NCBI GenBank assembly: GCA_965644295.1
Contig: CBFFRP010000433.1
Span: forward strand, 62,001-126,000
Source: Paraphysomonas bandaiensis
Taxonomy: Eukaryota; Protista; Chrysophyceae
Length of the DNA stretch: 64,000 nt
Direction: 5' to 3'
A model generated the notes under the pieces. That model saw only the letters and a program-made list of their open reading frames with translations. It ran no database searches and was not told the origin of the DNA. Made by a program: the position numbers and the translations under genes. Of this stretch, positions 50,001 to 59,400 are shown one piece after another (the stretch's first letter is position 1; every line of letters begins with the position of its first letter).

Positions 50001-52788
50001 GTAATCAGAACGCCTTGTAGACTGACTCATCTTTGTTAGTGGATAGCGTTTGCCTTTGTACTCAGCAATGATGACGTCTGCTGGGAATGTGTTCTTCGCA
50101 TAAAGGGATAGTCCTTTGGCAGTGTTATCGGCGTACGCAATGTAGAACTTTCTTGACCAGTCCCTGTCCCAGCCGGTGGTATCTAGTGCTGGAGTTGGTC
50201 TGATCGTTCGTGTGGTCGTGGTTGGGTGTGAGTTGTGAAGGTTCGTTGGTTGGTCACTTTCATCATAATTTACGACCTTTTTGGCTTTCCGGGTTGGCTG
50301 GCATCGACTTGTCAACGCAGTTTGGGCGTGTTTCAACTGCATCTTCTTGTGCGATGGTAGTGCTCCAGGGGTTGAAGCCTGCAGAATCTGTCGATTTGTT
50401 CGTGCTAACTTGGTGCTGCTTGACGAGGTTGTTCTGGTGCTGGTCATCTTTGATGTCCTATTGTTGTTCGTGATTGAGTCCGCGGGAAGTGTAGGTGGAG
50501 CGATGGGGTCAGCCGTTGAGAGTATACTGGTGGCCAAGGTGTTTTCAAGAGATAGTAGGGCGTTGTCTAGGGCAGTAGAAAGACCGGCAGGGTCTAAGAG
50601 GAAGTAGTGAGCATCTTGTAGTATGACATGGTAGTAGTTATCACGAATAGCGTCCCTAAGTTCGTCCACCTTCCATGCGATGTTATAAGCTACTTTGTCA
50701 GTAGGGATGCCTACAATGCTGAGGTAATTACCATTTTGCGCCCACGTCGTGCAGGGGTTGATAGTAGAGGCTAAAAGGTGGACCTCTCGCACTGAGAGCC
50801 AGTGAGTTATGTCGTCTTCCGTAGTGTATGTTGTTTTGGTAGGTATTAAAAGTGCGGCCTGTGCGTGATCTAACTTATGTCGTAGTGGCTGAAGTGTGTG
50901 ATGGGCCATGCACTCCCGTTGCATTATGTCGAACGCTTGGGTGCCTAATGTATTTATGAAAGATGCTAGCGTGTGACGGTCCTTGCGTTGTTTGAGGTCT
51001 AATTTCAGACAGGAGCGAGTGTGTCGCCTGCTTGAAGCAAGAATGTGCAGATGATAGAGTGTGCTGTATGCGCAGTACCCATCACTAGGGATATGTTGTT
51101 GTGTGCGAAGGGCTGAGGGTCTGAGGGTGAGGCGGTAGACTCTGCTCATGTCGCACATATGGAGCCTGAGTTGTCGACGGTCCGTGGGGTTCATCTGTCG
51201 TAGTTGACGTCGAGCTCTCGGTGACAAGGAGACTGCAATTACTTCCCTCTGTTCCTGTTGCTCTCTGTGCTCATGTATCATAGGTGGTACAGTTGACGGC
51301 TCAGAAGTCCAGAGGATGTTGGTGCTCTGTCTGGAGGTCTGGTGTTGTAGAAAACAGGATAGCCGCTCCTGAGTCCGTGTTAGAGCGTGCATGATGCAGG
51401 TGGGGATATTTGTTGCATTGAGTATGTGAAACCCATGCTGGCTGCGTATGATGTCATGGGTTACCACAGTGTTGGTAGAAGCGTGCACTGTTAGTGCCTG
51501 TCTGGAGAATGGTGACAGCTGTGCCCAACCAGGCGCCAGGTGCGGTTGAACAGCGTCCCATAGTCTGTATGGTATGGAGAGAAGATCGAGTAGCAGTTGG
51601 AAATCCTCCGTGTCTAGATGTAGTCCTGTGTGTGGAGTCGAGGATTCATATTGCATGAGTGTCTTACGGAGACTAACAGTGGCTGTTGAGGGAATACCCT
51701 TTGTCAGGCAAAGGGTCCGCACATGCCTAGATACAACATGAGTGGAGTCTGCCCAGGGTTTGTTGCCATTCGCGAGATGCTGGGCAACTAGTAGGGCGCT
51801 GTGCGTGGTATCCAATTTGTGCTCTGGTAGCGTGAATGATATCATGAGATCATAGTTGTCCGTCCTGGAAGCCTTGGCTATGAATCCTTCCCATATGTCT
51901 GTACAGGCAGGGGATAGCATGTGTGCATATATTTCTTTTAAAAGGTTTCCCTGTGGGGAGGCAGCAATGGTTTGGGTTTCATCATATCTAACCCAGTTGT
52001 TCAGCAGATCGGAGTGAAAGGGCGTGTGACCCCAGCCCTCTGTGTAGTGTCGGGGGTGTGTGGCAATGTCCTTGGGCAGTGCATCCGGCCTGATGTCAGG
52101 AGTGGTAGTGGAGTGTGAGGATGGGCCGTCTGGGGCTAATGCTGGAGTTCCCATGGTGTTCAGTTGAGTAGGGTTGGTGGTAGGTGGCCTCCGTTTGACT
52201 GGGAAATAGTCAAATAGAGTTGCATACGGTGTGGTGGCATCCTTAGTGGGTAAGGGTAATGTGTGGGTGGATTTGCTGGGTCCGTCACCGCTGTTATCGG
52301 AAGAGAATTCCTTCCCCTGAAGGGCGTGGGAGGGATGGTTGATGGACCTGGCACGATGGACTCCTTGCATTCCCTTGGAATGATATTGCAACACATTTTG
52401 GAGACGCATGATGACGAGGTCAGGAATTCTCTCGAGTAGCGCGTGTAGTTCCAACTCCACCGGGTATTTGGTGTCCAGGAAGAAGTGGTCGTTGGAGCAA
52501 AACACATCATAAGATGGAAGGGATTGAGTTTGTGGAAGGAAGGAGGAATGGTGGGTAGACCAGTACGCCCAGTTGTGGCCAAGGTCCACTGGTGAATCTT
52601 GCCAGATACGAATTCGTATACTCAGGGTTTCTGCCAGGAGGGCTATGATGTCTGTGTAGCCCCATTGCTCTGGGGGTATTCCGACAGCAGTTGGTCGTTT
52701 GCGGCGTAGTGCTTTGTTGTACGTTGTTAGCTGCTGTCGGAGCTTCTTCCGGATGAATGCAAAGTTCAGCATCTTGGCTTCAGCGAGC
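44089..52788 (-). mobile_element. Non-LTR retrotransposon (APE-RT-RNase H type), 5'-truncated, 8.7 kb, 12-bp TSD
   Basis: AAGCCACAAGGA occurs at 44077-44088 and 52789-52800. There is a sharp GC-content shift at the boundaries. The 242-nt 3' UTR ends ...CAGACATTCACTAC. Confidence 0.96.
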
Positions 52789-52790
52789 AA
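44331..52790 (-). CDS. Retrotransposon polyprotein (>2800 aa, N-terminus truncated): OTU-like repeats - SET - APE endonuclease - RT - RNase H - CCHC knuckle
   Basis: OTU-like IPSDGYC..W..E..LLA..DAHYF (~51110-50590). SET: KGLSLYAK..IIAEYKG..DG..GYINDP..NVKF..IAKDEELLINYG..YW (~50150-49788). APE: STWNTNG, LLLQD, SVYLPP, AGDFN, SRIDHI, FDHRPV (~49615-48790). RT: LRPIGLLE, QHGYR, DFKKAFDSI, GITQG, FADDL, YLG (~47680-46620). RNase H: FTDGS, AYELIG, HTDCQ, WVRSH, IADAVA (~46065-45560). CSDC-x8-H-x4-C (~45123-45068). Confidence 0.95.
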   Translation of the reverse strand: MLAEAKMLNFAFIRKKLRQQLTTYNKALRRKRPTAVGIPPEQWGYTDIIALLAETLSIRIRIWQDSPVDLGHNWAYWSTHHSSFLPQTQSLPSYDVFCSNDHFFLDTKYPVELELHALLERIPDLVIMRLQNVLQYHSKGMQGVHRARSINHPSHALQGKEFSSDNSGDGPSKSTHTLPLPTKDATTPYATLFDYFPVKRRPPTTNPTQLNTMGTPALAPDGPSSHSTTTPDIRPDALPKDIATHPRHYTEGWGHTPFHSDLLNNWVRYDETQTIAASPQGNLLKEIYAHMLSPACTDIWEGFIAKASRTDNYDLMISFTLPEHKLDTTHSALLVAQHLANGNKPWADSTHVVSRHVRTLCLTKGIPSTATVSLRKTLMQYESSTPHTGLHLDTEDFQLLLDLLSIPYRLWDAVQPHLAPGWAQLSPFSRQALTVHASTNTVVTHDIIRSQHGFHILNATNIPTCIMHALTRTQERLSCFLQHQTSRQSTNILWTSEPSTVPPMIHEHREQQEQREVIAVSLSPRARRQLRQMNPTDRRQLRLHMCDMSRVYRLTLRPSALRTQQHIPSDGYCAYSTLYHLHILASSRRHTRSCLKLDLKQRKDRHTLASFINTLGTQAFDIMQRECMAHHTLQPLRHKLDHAQAALLIPTKTTYTTEDDITHWLSVREVHLLASTINPCTTWAQNGNYLSIVGIPTDKVAYNIAWKVDELRDAIRDNYYHVILQDAHYFLLDPAGLSTALDNALLSLENTLATSILSTADPIAPPTLPADSITNNNRTSKMTSTRTTSSSSTKLARTNRQILQASTPGALPSHKKMQLKHAQTALTSRCQPTRKAKKVVNYDESDQPTNLHNSHPTTTTRTIRPTPALDTTGWDRDWSRKFYIAYADNTAKGLSLYAKNTFPADVIIAEYKGKRYPLTKMSQSTRRSDYIVQDSTGTFAIDGFDQVRQCVTCEAGYINDPLATNMANVKFVTKNKRLYVRTIRSIAKDEELLINYGHHYWCDQRWPLGILIQARAAYDSDIGGANIAVWDRLLADKSGTPTETSSSIPKDPSGAAMGLRLSTWNTNGNPASHTGKAQAIIRHFKRQKLDVLLLQDVRLTETQANFFTRIIEDALQGTRICLFLSKQPKLTSRDPLMGGTVVIISEYWKRRLAFTKADFTGLGLVSRLEFKTSVAHTLVLISVYLPPKPSTPGTCTLWSKLTKLGRASRGICTADPYKLLCNILTKWVTKARAKDHTVIVAGDFNGSMETNPKGRDIRPLADKLQLAAPLHELLLPRKTYHTFHRLDKGISRIDHILHTPLPPNMSVTDTGCLDSSSLLAAAFDHRPVWVGFTVPVNLDPRPPESHLRIPPRLNVNPKDSKEVQAYTARLLQLHAQLPHLDNGSTAILPPEVAANRLAAIHHITLQASLEAKRPACTHSTRLHERCQRTRSKFKNGFSPEMRVIQEGMLMVLRIIQKMFNSAGYKRHGWRGPPATTPTHEIITAWFARWDSYLRSSQGHIKGISDINFWCSHRNADPRVILGWNAKQATKKNLLRIALRLRGLLHGRARTEMRTRLTARTKQMEALLQQKRLQAILQKIGLKVKTLLRLTTVKTTDGHILTTPQDIHEGINAHFREHHAKPPGLDPVAQQLQDDPTWWKSLLDPGSATCQEPLHPRSKIPLPLQLGLRRALCTKTTPAMAATLKSTLAKDITQDEFYCTLHSLSFNRAPGPSMVSSNMVKSWPPVVQREAYILTRSLWKHKHVPIWWRDRVMSPILKKPGESSLTNLRPIGLLEVSRKILTRIITHRILTVWEEQKVLHPSQHGYRWRNGTDTAILRVLAAAEEARRKGDQHICTLWDFKKAFDSIAPNLMRLAWARLGVPDDVVDWFGNLDAGGLTFPWTPFMANNIEPRSLLDLLSADGHFIALFSLGFEAERGITQGGTESTCAWVALYDILLTWLDIELSTTSPTLPTIQLTTPTTGEIKISFADDLNTIAKSIHAAQLIAQQISAFCVLSGMELSIPKVVCTVFPILQDSNKASDPIGYIILYDWSWRPHPVPIQTSLESIHYLGADLPLTITDKASHDWCLKYLKVVTTHLGIKQASAGCIVMVIETQIIPTLLYRATKASWPLHWYREIDAACATLYRKALSLGPGYPTELIYLSLKHNGLGMKRFSDSAQEQKWGSLQRAITLGGEAGQAAHFLLTQTTEPQPQYHHYVLSLREWGTELGLTLQEPEPPEPQDEHMLTNLKQELGLNSVQPDTFKAIFTDGSYTASALSTRRLTHVNPRTRWTHRGGAAVVYLPPENAWEDGTTTILRLDTPFRDVPGLDSYAYELIGTAMGLILSTRIPEHIRSHTDCQAVCTRTEEALSTRRRALGHRAKGVLLESIAASRDCKRQVTWVRSHPERRTTDETEWTFEDKGIYIADAVAGEDWHEVDRILGKNNYTVCTIAIDSAIERLLTAGLWHWRMHSTRRPYYSSPLLTNFQDLCDLRTLENYTSTRDQRYGHNPDRAPGYWTNSGVHLPRKLAQADGSASKDKLSSNLRQRILNTALTWDKSFCIGRNRAKTKQGLDLTKAACSDCGFRLDSLKHMCLDCTHESITQIRETAFQSHKNVLHEIQRTQTLPNWITSALRRLSSRAWNPSIPQVERYWTGTITAAQLETVFEDAIHNHLTAHSLRNLETAVINLLQPLYTAAKLMLQDRGCRYITMSKRPPRLLPRPRPKRSQSRQRPRVLRLLGVQRRPPTASPTPDTRAHLTGPTRQSTGLPRPPQRRRLRQLYLHPRPHRSTVTQTTNPTPPPNNPHHSQPTHLELGALRTLIQNAEPPPTPMETHPKGRPPDQ

Positions 52791-53135
52791 GCCACAAGGA
52801 TATTAAACCAAGACAATAAGTCGAGGTAATACCAAAACCTGGTGAAATGTATGAAATCTAGTGAAATTTTTGATGATGGTTGGAAAAGGGTATAACTATG
52901 AATAATAAATATATATCAGCCCCCAAGCAATATCTAATAATATGAATTATTTCTTTGCATGTATGAATTTGACAACTACTATTCAATTCTCTGAAAGACG
53001 ATGCCTCACAGCTGACACGGTGAAGTTTCCATATATCACATATTCCTTTTCTCTATCTGGAGGAAGAGAGGGTACTGCCATGTAGATATGATACTATTAC
53101 GATACCGCAATAGTTATGGAGTTGCTGACACTTAC

Positions 53136-53168
53136 ACGCCTATTGCTAATAATCAGACATTCAGTACT
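53136..53168 (+). repeat. Short fragment of the LINE-family 3' terminus in the opposite orientation
   Basis: CACGCCTATTGCTAATAATCAGACATTCAGTAC matches the reverse complement of 44089-44121 with few changes. Confidence 0.7.
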
Positions 53169-53491
53169 AGTTGTGGAGTAGTATACTGTTGTACTGTTTT
53201 AGCGTACAGACAATTCAGTTTGTTGGTACAGTATAATGAGGAAGGTATATGAAAATGTGTGTTATTTATAACCTATACTGTTTCAGGCTGTGTAGCAGTT
53301 GTTGCATAAGTTTATTGAACAAGCTCGCATGCTAAAACCTCATCAGCACAAAGAGAATACAATTGTGACCAACTGTAGCATGCAGAAATGTAGAACTACA
53401 AGCAACCCTTCACAGTAAAATTACTATCTCGAATTACAAACCAACTATACGCAAACAATATTGACTATATGACAAATGTTGGGACAGCACA

Positions 53492-56400
53492 TCACTTAGT
53501 CTTTCCGTGTCTTCCCTTCGCCTTCCCTGTCTTTTTAGAAGACACGGAAGATTTACGTGTCTTCGTCAACCCCTTCCTGCTGCCTTTCTTTTTGTATGTC
53601 TTCGTCTTTTTCGAAGAAGAACGGGTTGAAATTTTTTTAGATTGTGAGTCCGATTTCTTATTATTTAAGGAAGGGTTAGAAAGTTTGGATTGTCGATGTT
53701 TTTTCTTCCTTTTATCAGACATTGAGGCCTTTGATGCTGTTGGATACAGCGTGGGCAGAGAACCAGGCAACGGTGATGTCGGAAAAACAGTGGGGGAGTA
53801 CGAAGGAACAGAAGAAAAAACAGTCGAGGGGGCTGTGCTCGGCAAATTTAGAGCGGGAATCGTCGGCCGTAAACTTGGAGAAACATTCGGCTGGAGAATT
53901 GGCCCAGGGCGATGTGATCTTTTCTTTCTAAAATCTTTTCTACGTTTCCAAGCCTTTCCTTTCTTCTTTCGAGGTCTTGAAGTTCGATAACGTTTCTTTC
54001 TTGTTGACGCCAAAGTAGGTTGTGATACAGCAGCACTTGGGTTCAAACTTGGAAATTGACTCGGAATATCTAAAAACGGAAGTGTAGGGCGAAATGTAGA
54101 AGGTACCAATGACGACGGTGAAAGTGTCGGAACTGTTGAGGGTATTGAAGTGGGTAGCGATGTCGGGATTGAGGTTGGAAGAGATGTCGGGATTACAGTG
54201 GGTAGAGATGTGGGTAGAGATGTCGGGAATGACGTTGGTACGGACGTAGGATTCGATGTTGGAATGGAAGTAGGATTCGATGTCGGAGGGCTAGTAGGTA
54301 TCGAAGTGGGTAGCGATGTGGGGATTACGGTGGGAAGAGATGTGGGTAGAGAAGTTGGTATCGATGTGGGTAGCGATGTTGGAATTGATGTCGGTACGGT
54401 GGTAGGATTCGATGTCGGGAATGAGGTGGGAAGAGATGTGGGTAGAGAAGTTGGTATCGATGTGGGTACAGATGTCGGAAATGAAGTAGGAAAAGATGTC
54501 GGTAAGCTGGTTGGCACCGATGTAGGTAGAGATGTCGGGATAGAGGTGGGAGGAGACGTAGGGAGACTGGTAGGTATTGAAGTGGGTAGCGATGTCGGAA
54601 TTGAGGTTGGAAGAGATGTCGGGATTACAGTGGGAAGAGTTGTGGGTAGAGATGTCGGGATTGACGTTGGTACGGACGAAGGATTCGATGTTGGAATGGA
54701 AGTAGGATTCGATGTCGGAGTGCTAGTAGGTATTGAGGTGGGTATCGTTGTCGAAATTGATGTGGGAAGAGATGTCGGGAATGAGGTAGGCAGAGATGTG
54801 GGTAGAGATGTCGGGATTGACGTTGGTACGGACGTAGGATTCGATGTCGGAGGGCTAGTAGGTATCGAAGTGGGTAGCGATGTGGGCATTACGGTGGGAA
54901 GAGATGTGGGTAGAGAAGTTGGTATCGATGTGGGTACAGATGTCGGAAATGAAGTGGGAAGAGATGTCGGTAAGCTGGTTGGCACCGATGTAGGTAGAGA
55001 TGTCGGGATAGAGGTGGGAGGAGATGTAGGGAGACTGGTAGGTATTGAAGTGGGTAGCGATGTCGGAATTGAGGTTGGAAGAGATGTCGGGATTACAGTG
55101 GGTAGAGATGTGGGAAAAGATGTCGGGATTACAGTGGGTAGAGACGTGGGAAGAGATGTGGGAAGCGATATCGGGATTACAGTGGGTAGAGATGTGGGTA
55201 GAGATGTCGGAAATGACGTTGGTACGGACGTAGGATTCGATGTTGGAATGGAAGTAGGATTCGATGTCGGAGGGCTAGTAGGTATCGAAGTGGGTAGAGG
55301 TGTGGGGATTACGGTGGGAAGAGATGTGGGTAGAGAAGTTGGTATCGATGTGGGAAGCGATGTTGGAAATGAAGTGGGTAGAGATGTCGGTAAGCTGGTT
55401 GGTACCGATGTAGGTAGAGATTTCGGGATAGAGGTGGGAGGAGACGTAGGAAGACTGGTAGGTATTGAAGTGGGTAGCGATGTCGGAATTGAGGTTGGAA
55501 GAGATGTCGGGATTACAGTAGGTAGAGATGTGGGTAGAGATGTCGGGAATGACGTTGGTACGGACGTAGGATTCGATGTCGGAGGGCTAGTAGGTATCGA
55601 AGTGGGTAGCGATGTGGGGATTACGGTGGGAAGAGATGTGGGTAGAGAAGTTGGTATCGATGTTGGAATTGATGTCGGTACGGTGGTAGGATTCAATGTC
55701 GGGAATGAGGTGGGAAGAGATGTGGGTAGAGAAGTTGGTATCGATGTGGGTACAGATGTCGGAAATGAAGTGGGAAGAGATGTCGGTAAGCTGGTTGGTA
55801 CCGATGTAGGTAGAGATGTCGGGATAGAGGTGGGAGGAGATGTAGGGAGACTGGTAGGTATTGAAGTGGGTAGCGATGTCGGGATTGATGTGGGAAGAGA
55901 TGTCGGGATTACAGTGGGTAGAGATGTGGGTAGAGATGTCGGGATTGACGTTGGTACGGACGTAGGATTCGATGTTGGAATGGAAGTAGGATTCGATGTC
56001 GGAGGGCTAGTAGGTATCGAAGTGGGTAGCGATGTGGGGATTACGGTGGGAAGAGATGTGGGTAGAGAAGTTGGTATCAATGTGGGAAGCGATGTTGGAA
56101 TTGATGTCGGTACGGTGGTAGGATTCGATGTCGGGAATGAGGTGGGAAGAGATGTGGGTAGAGAAGTTGGTATCGATGTGGGTACAGATGTCGGAAATGA
56201 AGTGGGAAGAGATATCGGTAAGCTGGTTGGTACCGATGTAGGTAGAGATGTCGGGATAGAGGTGGGAGGAGATGTAGGGAGACTGGTAGGTATTGAAGTG
56301 GGTAGCGATGTCGGAATTGAGGTTGGAAGAGATGTCGGGATTACAGTGGGTAGAGATGTGGGTAGAGATGTCGGGATTGACGTTGGTACGGACGTAGGAT

Positions 56401-59400
56401 TCGATGTTGGAATGGAAGTAGGATTCGATGTCGGAGAGCTAGTAGGTATCGAAGTGGGTAGCGATGTGGGGATTACGGTGGGAAGAGATGTGGGTAGAGA
56501 AGTTGGTATCGATGTGGGAAGCGATGTTGGAATTGATGTCGGTACGGTGGTAGGGTTCGATGTCGGGAATGAGGTGGGAAGAGATGTGGGTAGAGAAGTT
56601 GGTATCGATGAGGGTACAGATGTCGGAAATGAAGTGGGAAGAGATGTCGGTAAGCTGGTTGGTACCGATGTAGGTAGAGATGTCGGGATAGAGGTGGGAG
56701 GAGACGTAGGGAGACTGGTAGGTCTTGAAGTGGGTAGCGATGTCGGAATTGAGGTTGGAAGAGATGTCGGGATTACAGTAGGTAGAGATGTGGGAAGAGA
56801 TGACGGGATTACAGTGGGTAGAGATGTCGGGATTGACGTCAGTACGGACGTAGGATTCGATGTCGGGAATGAGGTGGGAAGAGATGTGGGTAGAGAAGTT
56901 GGTATCGATGTGGGTACAGATGTCGGAAATGAAGTGGGAAGAGATGTCGGTAAGCTGGTTGGTACCGATGTAGGTAGAGATGTCGGGATAGAGGTGGGAG
57001 GAGATGTAGGGAGACTGGTAGGTATTGAAGTGGGTAGCGATGTCGGAATTGAGGTTGGAAGAGATGTCGGGATTACAGTGGGTAGAGATGTCGGGATTGA
57101 CGTCGGTACGGACGTAGGATTCGATGTTGGAATGGAAGTAGGATTCGATGTCGGAGGGCTAGTAGGTATCGAAGTGGGTAGCGATGTGGGGATTACGGTG
57201 GGAAGAGATGTGGGTAGAGAAGTTGGTATCGATGTGGGAAGCGATGTTGGAATTGATGTCGGTACGGTGGTAGGATTCGATGTCGGGAATGAGGTGGGAA
57301 GAGATGTGGGTAGAGAAGTTGGTATCGATGTGGGTACAGATGTCGGAAATGAAGTGGGAAGAGATGTCGGTAAGCTGGTTGGCACCGATGTAGGTAGAGA
57401 TGTCGGGATAGAGGTGGGAGGAGACGTAGGGAGACTGGTAGGTCTTGAAGTGGGTAGCGATGTCGGAATTGAGGTTGGAAGAGATGTCGGGATTACAGTG
57501 GGTAGAGATGTCGGGATTGACGTCGGTACGGACGTAGGATTCGATGTCGGGAATGAGGTGGGAAGAGATGTGGGTAGAGAAGTTGGTATCGATGTGGGTA
57601 CAGATGTCGGAAATGAAGTGGGAAGAGATGTCGGTAAGCTGGTTGGTACCGATGTAGGTAGAGATGTCGGGATAGAGGTGGGAGGAGATGTAGGGAGACT
57701 GGTAGGTATTGAAGTGGGTAGCGATGTCGGGATTGATGTGGGAAGAGATGTCGGGATTACAGTGGGTAGAGATGTGGGTAGAGATGTCGGGATTGACGTT
57801 GGTACGGACGTAGGATTCGATGTTGGAATGGAAGTAGGATTCGATGTCGGAGGGCTAGTAGGTATCGAAGTGGGTAGCGATGTGGGGATTACGGTGGGAA
57901 GAGATGTGGGTAGAGAAGTTGGTATCGATGTGGGAAGCGATGTTGGAATTGATGTCGGTACGGTGGTAGGATTCGATGTCGGGAATGAGGTGGGAAGAGA
58001 TGTGGGTAGAGAAGTTGGTATCGATGTGGGTACAGATGTCGGAAATGAAGTGGGAAGAGATGTCGGTAAGCTGGTTGGTACCGATGTAGGTAGAGATGTC
58101 GGGATAGAGGTGGGAGGAGATGTAGGGAGACTGGTAGGTATTGAAGTGGGTAGCGATGTCGGGATTGATGTGGGAAGAGATGTCGGGATTACAGTGGGTA
58201 GAGATGTGGGTAGAGATGTCGGGATTGACGTTGGTACGGACGTAGGATTCGATGTTGGAATGGAAGTAGGATTCGATGTCGGAGGGCTAGTAGGTATCGA
58301 AGTGGGTAGCGATGTGGGGATTACGGTGGGAAGAGATGTGGGTAGAGAAGTTGGTATCGATGTGGGAAGCGATGTTGGAATTGATGTCGGTACGGTGGTA
58401 GGATTCGATGTCGGGAATGAGGTGGGAAGAGATGTGGGTAGAGAAGTTGGTATCGATGTGGGTACAGATGTCGGAAATGAAGTGGGAAGAGATGTCGGTA
58501 AGCTGGTTGGCACCGATGTAGGTAGAGATGTCGGGATAGAGGTGGGAGGAGACGTAGGGAGACTGGTAGGTCTTGAAGTGGGTAGCGATGTCGGAATTGA
58601 GGTTGGAAGAGATGTCGGGATTACAGTGGGTAGAGATGTCGGGATTGACGTCGGTACGGACGTAGGATTCGATGTCGGGAATGAGGTGGGAAGAGATGTG
58701 GGTAGAGAAGTTGGTATCGATGTGGGTACAGATGTCGGAAATGAAGTGGGAAGAGATGTCGGTAAGCTGGTTGGTACCGATGTAGGTAGAGATGTCGGGA
58801 TAGAGGTTGGAGGAGACGTAGGGAGACTGGTAGGTATTGAAGTGGGTAGCGATGTCGGGATTACAGTAGGTAGAGATGTGGGAAGAGATGTCGGGATTGA
58901 CGTCGGTACAGACGTAGGATTCGATGTCGGGAATGAGGTGGGAAGAGATGTGGGTAGAGAAGTAGGTATCGATGTGGGAAGCGATGTTGGAATTAATGTC
59001 GGTACAGACGTAGGATTCGATGTCGGGAATGAGGTGGGAAGAGATGTGGGTAGAGAAGTTGGTATCGATGTGGGTACAGATGTCGGAAATGAAGTGGGAA
59101 GAGATGTCGGTAAGCTGGTTGGTACCGATGTAGGTAGAGATGTCGGGATAGAGGTTGGAGGAGATGTAGGGAGACTGGTAGGTATTGAAGTGGGTAGCGA
59201 TGTCGGAATTGAGGTTGGAAGAGATGTCGGGATTACAGTAGGTAGAGATGTGGGAAGAGATGTCGGGATTGACGTCGGTACAGACGTAGGATTCGATGTC
59301 GGGAATGAGGTGGGAAGAGATGTGGGTAGAGAAGTTGGTATCGATGTGGGTACAGATGTCGGAAATGAAGTGGGAAGAGATGTCGGTAAGCTGGTTGGTA

